Shown here: in pieces, positions 53,123 through 61,858 of the stretch
Layout: each line of letters begins with the position of its first letter
How positions within the stretch are numbered: position 1 is the stretch's first letter
The notes under the pieces: generated by a model
Seen by the model: the letters and a program-made list of their open reading frames with translations, nothing else
Told to the model about the DNA's origin: nothing
Databases searched by the model: none
Made by a program: the position numbers and the translations under genes
Assembly: GCA_015233405.1 (NCBI GenBank)
Contig: JADFXT010000002.1
Coordinates: 4,451-68,450, forward strand
DNA: 64,000 nt
Reading direction: 5' to 3'
DNA from: Candidatus Omnitrophota bacterium
GTDB taxonomy: Bacteria > Omnitrophota > Gorgyraeia > Zapsychrales > Zapsychraceae

Positions 53123-54796
53123 ATGTTAACTCAACTTACCATCCAGAACTTCGGCCTGATCGATTCCCTTTCAATTGATTTTGAAAAAGGACTCAATGTC
53201 TTTACCGGCGAGACCGGTGCCGGAAAATCCATCCTTATTGATGCCTTACGCATCGCTCTGGGGGAGCGGATTTCTCCTTCTTTAGTCCGTGAGGACACGA
53301 AAGCCTGTATCATTGAGGCGGTGTTCGATCTGTCCAAGAACGAGCTCAAATCGTCCGAGACCTTGCGGGATTTTTTTCAGGACAAGGATTTCACCCTGAT
53401 TATCAACAGAACTTATTCTTCCGACGGAAAAAATAAGATCAAGATCAACGGCCTCAATATTACTTTAAGTCAGCTCAAAGACGTGGGAAACTGCCTGATG
53501 GATTTTCATGGGCCCCATGACCATCAGATGCTCTTGTCCTCCTCTTCTCATTTAGGGATGCTCGATCGATTGACGGATTTCGGAAAGCTGCTGAGCGATT
53601 ACGCAAATCATTACGAGGGTTATGTAAAGCTTAAGGAAAAACTCGGTGAAATCGAGGCGCTGGCCTCCTCCCACGACCGGGACCTTGATTTATTATCTCA
53701 TCAAATTGGTGAGTTAAAGCAAGTTCCTCTTGATGAGGATAAGTTTCAGGAATTGCTTGGGCAGCAGACAAAGGTGAATAATGCCGAGAAACTTTATGAT
53801 TATATCCAGAAAATTCTGAGCTTATTAGAGGCCGGCGATAATAGCCCTGGGGAAAATATCCGGCAGGCCTTCTCTCCTATGCGGGATTTAAACCAGACGG
53901 ATGAGAAAACCGCGTATTTGATGGAGAGCTTGTCACAACTTCAAGGGCTTAATGACCAGATCATTGCGGATTTAAAAGATTACGCCGACAGCATTTCATT
54001 TGATCCTTCCGAAGCCCAGGAGATCAATGCCAAATGTGATATTTACGACGACATTAAAAGAAAATATGGCCCAACCTTAGCTGACGCAAAGATTTTTTTT
54101 GAAGAGGCTTTAAGGAAACATCAGCTTTTATCCAATCTTGAACAGAATGACGCTGATTTAAAAAAGGAAATCCAAGCGGCCGAGGCTGCGCTTGTTCAGA
54201 TTGCTAAGAAAATGACCAAATGCCGTCAGAAAACAGCGGAAAATCTTAAAACAACGATCGAGAAAGAATTGTCTGAGCTAGGGATCATTCATGTTCAGTT
54301 TGAAGCGCGTATCGACAAGGTTGAGCTTGGCGCAAGCGGTCAGGATTCGGTGACGTTTTATATTAGTCCCAATGCCGGCGAGGAATTAAAGCCATTATCA
54401 GAAATCGTTTCTTCCGGGGAAGCCGCCCGTGTTATGCTTGCCCTTAAAAAGGCGCTGATTGAAGTTGACCCGATCCCGGTTCTGATCTTTGATGAAATCG
54501 ACGCGCAGATCGGCGGACGGCTCGGAACCGTGACCGGTAAGAAATTAAAAAGCCTTTCGTCGCATCGGCAGGTCATTTTGATCACCCATCTTCCCCAAAT
54601 CGCCTCTTTTGCCGACCAGCATTTTAAAGTTTTAAAAATGGTCAAGAATGGCCGCACAATCACATCGGTCGAGGCTTTAGATAAGAACGCCAGGGTCAAA
54701 GAATTAGCGAAAATGATGAGCGGTGAAAAGGAAACGCAGATCTCCCTTCAACATGCTGAGGACCTTTTGTCGAAGGCAACCGTTTCTAAAAAATAG
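53123..54796 (+). CDS. recN: DNA repair protein RecN
   Basis: 557 aa. Walker A GETGAGKS, long coiled coil, C-terminal SGGE signature and LIFDEIDAQIGG. Confidence 0.95.
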   Translation: MLTQLTIQNFGLIDSLSIDFEKGLNVFTGETGAGKSILIDALRIALGERISPSLVREDTKACIIEAVFDLSKNELKSSETLRDFFQDKDFTLIINRTYSSDGKNKIKINGLNITLSQLKDVGNCLMDFHGPHDHQMLLSSSSHLGMLDRLTDFGKLLSDYANHYEGYVKLKEKLGEIEALASSHDRDLDLLSHQIGELKQVPLDEDKFQELLGQQTKVNNAEKLYDYIQKILSLLEAGDNSPGENIRQAFSPMRDLNQTDEKTAYLMESLSQLQGLNDQIIADLKDYADSISFDPSEAQEINAKCDIYDDIKRKYGPTLADAKIFFEEALRKHQLLSNLEQNDADLKKEIQAAEAALVQIAKKMTKCRQKTAENLKTTIEKELSELGIIHVQFEARIDKVELGASGQDSVTFYISPNAGEELKPLSEIVSSGEAARVMLALKKALIEVDPIPVLIFDEIDAQIGGRLGTVTGKKLKSLSSHRQVILITHLPQIASFADQHFKVLKMVKNGRTITSVEALDKNARVKELAKMMSGEKETQISLQHAEDLLSKATVSKK

Positions 54797-54821
54797 GCCT
54801 AAAATTATAAAGGAAAAGATT

Positions 54822-55787
54822 ATGACCCAGAAAATTTTTGTAGGCATTGATGTCGGCGGGACAAAAATCGCCACAGGGCTTGTAAGTCCGTCAGGGAAAA
54901 TCCTCTCCCGTGCCAAATCTCCGACGCCTCCTAATGCGTCTTCGGCAGAGATTATCCGCTCGATCTCTTTTCTTTGTGATGAAATGTTTTCTAATTGTAA
55001 TCTTAAGAAAAAGAATTTAGCGGGTTTGGGGATCGGAATTCCAGGTATTGTTGATGATAAAGGCGTGGTCATTCGCACGCCTAATATGAGTTTGTCTAAG
55101 GTGAATCTTAAGAAACAATTAGAACAAAAGTTTAAAGTGAAGGTTGCGTTAGGGAATGATGCGAATTTTGGAGTTCTCGGCGAGAAATGGCTAGGCGCTG
55201 CACGGAAAGTCCATAATGTCGTGGGATTGTTTTTGGGGACTGGTCTTGGCGCGGGAGTTGTGATCAATGACCGGATTTTTACCGGCAGTCATGGTGCGGC
55301 GGCAGAGCTCGGGCATATGATCCTTCAGGATAGGGGCGGCCCGAAATGCGGGTGCGGCAATCAAGGGTGTTTGGAAGCTTTGACCGGAAGATGGGCCATG
55401 GAACGCGATATTAAAAAAGCGATTGCAGAAGGTAAGAAAACGATTGTCACAAAGCTCGTCGATAATATTCATAAGCCGATTAAAAGTAGAATTTTATATG
55501 AATCTCTCGAGAGGCATGACCCTCTTGTCTCAAAAATCGTGACCGAGGCCTCCTATCAATTGGGAATCGCCTGTATATCGGTCAAACATATCTTTGACCC
55601 TGAAATGATCGTCCTAGGCGGCGGAGTGATGAAGGCTTGCGGGGATTTTATCCTGCCTATCGTCAAGAAAGTCGCTCAAAAAGATAAATTTTTTTTAGGG
55701 ATTGGTAGTTGCGAAATTGTGGCATCCGAGCTCGAAGATGATGCGATTATTTTAGGCGCTGTGGCGGCTTTGGCGGGCAGCCGGTAG
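54822..55787 (+). CDS. ROK family sugar kinase (glucokinase-like)
   Basis: GIDVGGTKIA ATP motif and ROK signature with Zn-Cys cluster (GHM...CGCGNQGCLE). Start taken at ATG 54822; the track ORF starts at 54723 inside recN. Confidence 0.85.
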   Translation: MTQKIFVGIDVGGTKIATGLVSPSGKILSRAKSPTPPNASSAEIIRSISFLCDEMFSNCNLKKKNLAGLGIGIPGIVDDKGVVIRTPNMSLSKVNLKKQLEQKFKVKVALGNDANFGVLGEKWLGAARKVHNVVGLFLGTGLGAGVVINDRIFTGSHGAAAELGHMILQDRGGPKCGCGNQGCLEALTGRWAMERDIKKAIAEGKKTIVTKLVDNIHKPIKSRILYESLERHDPLVSKIVTEASYQLGIACISVKHIFDPEMIVLGGGVMKACGDFILPIVKKVAQKDKFFLGIGSCEIVASELEDDAIILGAVAALAGSR

Positions 55788-56376
55788 TGAAAGTGATCCG
55801 CACAATTTTTTTAAAGGCGTCTTTAAGAAGATCTGCCTTTCTCCTTCCGATTGTAATATCTTCAGGAACCAGTCGTTTCCCTTTTAATTGCACGAGGATT
55901 TGTTTGCTAGAGGTTTTACAAATTACATCTTCAACAGAAGATTGATGCGTTCTATCAAGCCCGTCGGCCAGCCTTAAAAAGGATGCCAAGATCTTTACAA
56001 TCCTTTTTGATTTCTCATCGAGATCACAAAAATATTTATGGCTTGCTTCCGGAAGGCTTTTACGGTGATACCGTGCGATCAATCCGATGCGGATTCGTTG
56101 TTGTCTGGGAATCCCAAGTTGTTGGGATTGGATGATAAGCGCTTGGGACGTTTTGTGATGTTTTTGTTGGCCCTTGACCCAGCCGATATCGTGTAGGATT
56201 GCCGCAGCTTCCAGAAGGGTTCGTTCTTTTTCTCCTAATTTATGAAGAGGACTTAATTGGTCAAAAAAACTTTTGGCTAGTTTAGCGACGTGAAGAGCGT
56301 GGCGTTCTTCATAATGAAATACTTTTGCCAAGGAAATGGCGCGAAGACTTAAATTATTTTTTTGAGATGTTCCCAT
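55747..56376 (-). CDS. Stand-alone HD-domain protein resembling the C-terminal half of Ppx/GppA
   Basis: 209 aa. HALHVAKLA...AAAILHDIGW...HHK motif series as in Ppx domain III; overlaps the CHAD gene by 28 nt. Confidence 0.75.
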   Translation of the reverse strand: MGTSQKNNLSLRAISLAKVFHYEERHALHVAKLAKSFFDQLSPLHKLGEKERTLLEAAAILHDIGWVKGQQKHHKTSQALIIQSQQLGIPRQQRIRIGLIARYHRKSLPEASHKYFCDLDEKSKRIVKILASFLRLADGLDRTHQSSVEDVICKTSSKQILVQLKGKRLVPEDITIGRRKADLLKDAFKKIVRITFTTGCPPKPPQRLK

Positions 56377-57236
56377 GTATTTTTTTCTTTAAGGCATTCC
56401 CACTCTTTTATGAAATCTTTATAGGTTTTTGCTCGCAGCGCCGTGCAGGTTTTCTCAAGATAGAAAACAGCCCTTTTTAGATTTTTGGATTGGCCACCTT
56501 TTTTCTTAAGTTTGGGAAAATATTCCAACCACACATCAAGCTCGTGCAAGTCTCCTAAAACGTCCTGAATGCGACGGGCCGCAGTAATCGCTGGGTTGAT
56601 TTTCTTACCGTAAGAAGATTTAAAAATTTCCAGGACATACCGTAATTTTTTGGCGGCGATGCGCGTGTGATGCAGTAGCTTTGTTTTTTTAGGTTTATAG
56701 ACGTGATCTTCACAATGAAGAAAGTTGGATAATTTTTTTATGATCACGTCCCTTCTTTTAATTTCAAGGGGTTTGTTTAAGGATTCCGCTTTGCTGAGAT
56801 TAGATTGGAAATTTATTGTCTTAAATTGATCCAAGACGTCGAGGATTTTTTTCTGGGCTATTGCACGTCTTTCTTGAAGGATCTCGGCAAGCTCATTTAT
56901 ACCGACGATGAGGTGTTTGTTCTTGAGCTGGCGTTTTATGGAAAAAAGAAATCTAAGCTGAATATCGAGCTCTCTGGCTTCGCCGAGCGCTCGGCCGACT
57001 AAAGATATGCGTCTTGACCAGTCGAGGGTTTCTTTTGCCGGCAATAATCCAATCGCTTGAAAGGCCTTAAGGGCGGCTCGAAGCCGGCGGGAAGCGACCC
57101 TCATGCGATGGAGCGGTTCAATCGCGGTTCCATTTTGAACGCGGGTTTTTTCTTTTAAGAAATTATTGAGATAGCAGGATAGTGTTTTCTGGGCGTGAGA
57201 TTGGGGGTGTATTTTTTCATTTTGCATAGTATCCAA
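56349..57236 (-). CDS. CHAD domain protein (polyphosphate-granule associated family)
   Basis: 295 aa. All-helical with repeated His/Arg motifs (HRMRVASRRLRAALKAF, HHTRIAAKKLRYVLEIF); 20-nt overlap with ppk1. Confidence 0.8.
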   Translation of the reverse strand: MDTMQNEKIHPQSHAQKTLSCYLNNFLKEKTRVQNGTAIEPLHRMRVASRRLRAALKAFQAIGLLPAKETLDWSRRISLVGRALGEARELDIQLRFLFSIKRQLKNKHLIVGINELAEILQERRAIAQKKILDVLDQFKTINFQSNLSKAESLNKPLEIKRRDVIIKKLSNFLHCEDHVYKPKKTKLLHHTRIAAKKLRYVLEIFKSSYGKKINPAITAARRIQDVLGDLHELDVWLEYFPKLKKKGGQSKNLKRAVFYLEKTCTALRAKTYKDFIKEWECLKEKNTWEHLKKII

Positions 57237-59250
57237 TCAGACTTTCCTGGGCGTTGAAGGGATTGTCAGTTTTTTCCGGACGGACATATCCTTTGCTGGA
57301 CGTTAAAATGCGGGATTTTACGGTGTCTTTCCAATATTCCTCCAGGATGAATTTCAGGTGTTGTTTAAGCTCTTCCTTATTGACTTCAAAGAGAAGCTCG
57401 ACGCGCCGGTCGAAATTGCGGGTCATCCAGTCGGCTGAAGCCAAAAACATCCGGGAATCGGAATTATTATTAAACATATAGATACGGGAATGTTCCAAGA
57501 ATCGCCCGACGATACTTTTGACTTCAATATTTTCGCTCATTCCTTCCACTCCTGGGATCAAACAGCAGATTCCACGGACGATTAAATTTATTTTTACTCC
57601 GGCGTTGGACGCCTCATATAATTTCTCGATCATCCGGGGATCTTCCAGAGAATTAAATTTAGCGAAAATAAGGCCGTTCTTATATTTTTTCTGAGCAGCT
57701 ATTTCTTTGTCGATGAGCTCGAAAAAATATTGCCTTAGATCATACGGAGCGGAAATGATCCTTTTCCAGCGCGACGGAAGCGAATAACCGGTAATGACAT
57801 TAAAGACATCCGAGATGTCCTTAGCGAAGTCGTCATTGGCGGTGAAATAGCCGATATCGGTATAGATTTCCGCGGTCTTTTCATTGTAGTTTCCCGTCGA
57901 AAGATGAACATAGCGACGAATCCCGCCTTCTTCTCGTCTAACGATCATCGTCATTTTGGAATGGATCTTCATGCCCAAAATGCCGTAAATGACGTGGCAC
58001 CCGGCCGCTTCCAGCTCTCTGGTCCAGTAAATATTTTTTTCTTCATCAAATCGGGCTTTGATTTCAACGAGGACCGTGACCTGCTTTTTATTTTTGGCCG
58101 CTTCAATCAGTGCTTTAATAATGGCAGAATTTTCATTCGCGCGATAAAGGGTCATTTTGATGGCCAAGACGTCATTGTCCCGTGCCGCGGACTGAATCAG
58201 GTCTACCGTCGGATGAAAGGATTGATAGGGAAAATGAAGAATAAAGTCGCTCTCCTTGATCTTATCAAAAATATTTTCAAATCCTGTTTTGACGGGCACA
58301 TAACTTTGATAGAAAAGGTCCGGCTTGTTGACCTGGCCTGGGAGTTCAAAGAGATACGTTAAATCTAAGTCTCCGTCGATAAGGCTGACTTGGTCTTTGG
58401 AGAAATCAATTCCGGTGGAGAGCATTTCCAGTAATTGTGGATGATGGTTCTTTTCGATTTGAAGGCAGACAACTTTTGCCTTGGGCCTTTTTTGGATCTC
58501 GCTTTCGATAACTTTAAGCAGGTCCAGACTATATTCTTCCTCTGCTGACAATTCGCTGTCGCGGATGACTCTAAATAGAAAGCTCCCGAGGATCTTGAAT
58601 CCTTTAAAAAATGTTTCTAGGTTTTCGCGGATAATATCGTCGATCAAGATAAAACAAAACTCGTTTTTCTCTGACGGCAATTTAAAAAGCCTGGGGATTG
58701 ATTTTGGTACTGTGATTAAAGCCAAATAGGGGGAATCATTGCGTCCCAAATAGACGCCGAACGCTTTTGTTTTGGAGACCAACACCGGAAATGGATGCCC
58801 GGGGTCAATCGCCATAGGTGTGACGATCGGAAAAATCGTCGTTTCAAAATAGCGTTTTGCGGCTTTTTTTTGTTCCGCATTGAGCTGGTCGGCTCTGAGA
58901 ATGAAGATTTTGTTTTTTTCAAGTTCTTTGGTGATATCTCCTTTGTAGAGAGAATAAAGACGTTCTAAAAGAGATTCGATTCGGCTTTGAATTTCAGAGA
59001 ACAATTCCTGAGGATAATAGCCAAAATTGTCTTTGTGATTATATCCGGCATCCAAAAGCCTTTTGAGCCCAGCGACGCGGACCATTAAAAACTCGTCGAG
59101 GTTATTGGCAAAGATAGCGAGAAATTTTACTTTTTCTAAAAGAGGGTTCCCTCGGTCCATCGCTTCTTCAAGGACGCGTTCATTAAATGAAAGCCAGCTT
59201 AGGTCGCGGTGAATAAATATGTTTTTGGGGTCTTGGTTCTTGATATCCAT
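57217..59250 (-). CDS. ppk1: Polyphosphate kinase 1
   Basis: 677 aa. N-terminal FIHRDLSWLSFNERVLEEA, autophosphorylation-His region (HSKMTMIVR) and two PLD-like C-domains. Confidence 0.95.
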   Translation of the reverse strand: MDIKNQDPKNIFIHRDLSWLSFNERVLEEAMDRGNPLLEKVKFLAIFANNLDEFLMVRVAGLKRLLDAGYNHKDNFGYYPQELFSEIQSRIESLLERLYSLYKGDITKELEKNKIFILRADQLNAEQKKAAKRYFETTIFPIVTPMAIDPGHPFPVLVSKTKAFGVYLGRNDSPYLALITVPKSIPRLFKLPSEKNEFCFILIDDIIRENLETFFKGFKILGSFLFRVIRDSELSAEEEYSLDLLKVIESEIQKRPKAKVVCLQIEKNHHPQLLEMLSTGIDFSKDQVSLIDGDLDLTYLFELPGQVNKPDLFYQSYVPVKTGFENIFDKIKESDFILHFPYQSFHPTVDLIQSAARDNDVLAIKMTLYRANENSAIIKALIEAAKNKKQVTVLVEIKARFDEEKNIYWTRELEAAGCHVIYGILGMKIHSKMTMIVRREEGGIRRYVHLSTGNYNEKTAEIYTDIGYFTANDDFAKDISDVFNVITGYSLPSRWKRIISAPYDLRQYFFELIDKEIAAQKKYKNGLIFAKFNSLEDPRMIEKLYEASNAGVKINLIVRGICCLIPGVEGMSENIEVKSIVGRFLEHSRIYMFNNNSDSRMFLASADWMTRNFDRRVELLFEVNKEELKQHLKFILEEYWKDTVKSRILTSSKGYVRPEKTDNPFNAQESLIGYYAK

Positions 59251-59254
59251 GGAA

Positions 59255-60808
59255 TTATCCGGCCTGTTGAATTTTAAGATGGACTTTTTTTCCTGAGATT
59301 TCTTCGAACATCTCTTTTTTATCGATAAATTCGAGCTTTTCCAGGGCGAAATTGCTTGTGACAGAGACGGTCAGAACAATATCCTGGGACCGGTTTAAGC
59401 TAACTTCGAGATTCTTGACCTTTTGTTTATGCGAACGGTCCAGCGAGTTAGAGATCCTTAAAATCGAGCTTAATTTCTGGATGAGAATTTGTTTGTCTTT
59501 AGGAAGCGACCGGTAAAGCAAATGCGTATCCGCGGGAAGTCCCCGACGATGATAACGGGCGATACAGGCAATGACCTTGATTTCTTCATCGGTTAAACGG
59601 AACAAATTCAAATTTGAAATGAGGTATTCTGTATGTTTATGGTGGGCGCGATTATAAATAAACAGCCCGATCGGGTGAAGATAAGTCGCCAATAACAAAT
59701 AGAGCAATTCGGTCTTTTTTAAGCCTAGCGTTTCTTTAAAATTATCGAAAAGTTTCTCAGACAATTCAGCCACATGCTGGACGTGGGATAAATCGACGTT
59801 ATATTTTTTACAGATCCATTTGGCGATGGAGATGAGCTGGTTGGTTTTGTTATATTTTTGGGAAACTTCAAAATCCATGACCATGTTCGTTAAGACAGCT
59901 TCCGAAAGCGACGCTTCGAGGATATAAATATTTTTGTTTTCATTAAGGTCCGCGAATGTGTTTAAGATCATCGCATAGCCGGGAAACGTATCTGCGCTTT
60001 CAGGCGGAATTTTATATTCGTCGGCAATTTGCTCAGAATTCTTATCTAAAATTTTTCCAAGAAGCTCCTCTGTTTCCGCTTGGCTTAGCTTAAAGAATTT
60101 ATCCTGAAAGGTTTCTTTGGAAAGAATGCCTGGCAAATAAGTGGTATAATTTTCATCGATCAGGATAATGTCGTCGAGCTTAATGGAGAACAGTTCCCGT
60201 TTTAAATAGGCGAACTCCCCCTCGATATTTTCTCTGACGGCTTCGTAATTTTCCTGAAGGCTTCCGTCTAATTTACTTAAAAGTTGTTTAAGCCGTAACA
60301 TCCCTAAAGGAAGTCCGATATTCATCAGGGTATATCCTTGCGCCATGACGGAAATATCAAGGCTTCCCGCTCCCAATTCCGCGATCAGAAGATTTTTCGT
60401 GTGAATAGGATATTTGTCTTTTAGGATATGATAAAGATACGCGTCGATATAATAGATGACATCGCCAACGGTGAAAACTTCAATATTAAAACCGGTCCGT
60501 CGGGAAATGGTGTCGATAAAGACATCCCTGTTATCGGCTTCCCGCACCGCGGTCGTTGCAATGACGCGGACATCCAAAATCCCATACTCTTTTAATTTTT
60601 CACGGTATTTTTCCAGGATCGCGACCGTATGATTGATCGTCTCTTGGGTGAAGCGGCCTTTATAAAAGGTGTCTTTTCCTAAGAGGGCCACGTTCTTAAG
60701 CGATTCTAAGATCTTGATATCTTCTTTCGCTTCTTCCGCAATCAAGAGTTTGATCGAGTGGGTTCCAATATCGATAATTCCTGCTCGGATGGGTTCTTTA
60801 TCTTTCAT
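59255..60808 (-). CDS. ppx: Exopolyphosphatase (Ppx/GppA family)
   Basis: 517 aa. ASKHA fold (IIDIGTHSIKLLI, ELGAGSLD) plus C-terminal HD-like domain. Confidence 0.9.
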   Translation of the reverse strand: MKDKEPIRAGIIDIGTHSIKLLIAEEAKEDIKILESLKNVALLGKDTFYKGRFTQETINHTVAILEKYREKLKEYGILDVRVIATTAVREADNRDVFIDTISRRTGFNIEVFTVGDVIYYIDAYLYHILKDKYPIHTKNLLIAELGAGSLDISVMAQGYTLMNIGLPLGMLRLKQLLSKLDGSLQENYEAVRENIEGEFAYLKRELFSIKLDDIILIDENYTTYLPGILSKETFQDKFFKLSQAETEELLGKILDKNSEQIADEYKIPPESADTFPGYAMILNTFADLNENKNIYILEASLSEAVLTNMVMDFEVSQKYNKTNQLISIAKWICKKYNVDLSHVQHVAELSEKLFDNFKETLGLKKTELLYLLLATYLHPIGLFIYNRAHHKHTEYLISNLNLFRLTDEEIKVIACIARYHRRGLPADTHLLYRSLPKDKQILIQKLSSILRISNSLDRSHKQKVKNLEVSLNRSQDIVLTVSVTSNFALEKLEFIDKKEMFEEISGKKVHLKIQQAG

Positions 60809-60813
60809 AGAGT

Positions 60814-61653
60814 TTAATTGATCCTAATATTTTTAAAATTTTTTTCCGGTTTCGGGTAGTGCATGTTTAATCTTTTTAGTGTTTCGATAATAAGAATCGA
60901 AATAGAAAGGTTTCTCTGCCATTTTTTGTTGGAAGGAATGATGAACCACGGCGCCCAGGTGGTGCTGGTTGCCTTGATGGCATCTTCATAGGCATCCATA
61001 TATTTGGGCCATAACTTTCTTTCCAAAAGGTCCGCGGAGCTTAATTTCCAGTTTTTATTCTTATCATCAAGCCGTTCTTCTAATCGTTGGGTCTGTTCCT
61101 CTTTGCTGATGTTTAAGAATATCTTTAAGATGGTCGTCCCTTCTTCGACGAGCATCCGTTCAAAATTGTTAATGTGCTCATAGCGTTTTTGTAAAAGGTC
61201 TGTGGGCACCAGATCATGAACGCGTGTAATGATCACGTCTTCATAATGGCTTCGGTTAAAGATAACAATCTCCCCCTTGACGGGAACTTTTTGATGAATG
61301 CGCCAGAGATAATCGTGGTCTAATTCTTCCTTGCTGGGGACTTTAAAGGTGGCGACCCTTACTCCCTGGGGATTGACCCCTTTAAAGACATGTTGAATCG
61401 TCCCATCCTTGCCGGAAGCATCCATGCCTTGAAGGACGATCAGGATTTTATGCTTATGCTCGGCATAAAGCAGATATTGGAGTTCTGCGAGCTTGTCTTG
61501 CAGTTCTCCAATCATGTCCTGTTCGTCTTTTTTCTTTAAACCGGGAACAATAATATCCTCCGGGTCCTGTTTGCACAGTTTTAGCTTGGCGTGAGGAGCG
61601 ACACGGTATTTTTTAAAGACAATGGGCGTTATTTGATCGAAAATTTTGTTCAT
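60814..61653 (-). CDS. ppk2: Polyphosphate kinase 2 family protein
   Basis: 279 aa. Walker A-like QGMDASGKDGTI and lid FNRSHYED, typical of PPK2. Confidence 0.9.
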   Translation of the reverse strand: MNKIFDQITPIVFKKYRVAPHAKLKLCKQDPEDIIVPGLKKKDEQDMIGELQDKLAELQYLLYAEHKHKILIVLQGMDASGKDGTIQHVFKGVNPQGVRVATFKVPSKEELDHDYLWRIHQKVPVKGEIVIFNRSHYEDVIITRVHDLVPTDLLQKRYEHINNFERMLVEEGTTILKIFLNISKEEQTQRLEERLDDKNKNWKLSSADLLERKLWPKYMDAYEDAIKATSTTWAPWFIIPSNKKWQRNLSISILIIETLKRLNMHYPKPEKNFKNIRIN

Positions 61654-61665
61654 AATCGAGCTTCA

Positions 61666-61694
61666 ATTATAGACATAATGCATTGGTTTATCAA
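61666..61694 (-). promoter_or_regulatory. Near-consensus promoter of the polyP operon, giving a very short or absent leader
   Basis: Minus strand TTGATA, 17-nt spacer, TATAAT. Only 12 nt separate the -10 from the ppk2 ATG; no SD. Confidence 0.5.
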
Positions 61695-61858
61695 GAGGTT
61701 TCTGGCTTCTATGGCTGGTTTTCGGCTGATTTTTTCGGCGACAAGGAGAAAAAGGTATTTCTATGGAAATAAGATTGATTTTGTTATTTGAGTATGTTAA
61801 TTTATCATCTTAACTAAAGGACTTAACTTAATTAATCATTCTTAAATAGGAGATTAAC

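Noticed and set aside
54704-55267. 187-aa minus-strand ORF across the recN/ROK junction.
   Set aside because: It is antisense to two well-supported genes and has no recognisable motif.
57904-58362. 152-aa plus-strand ORF inside ppk1.
   Set aside because: It is antisense to a full-length PPK1 and is a shadow ORF.
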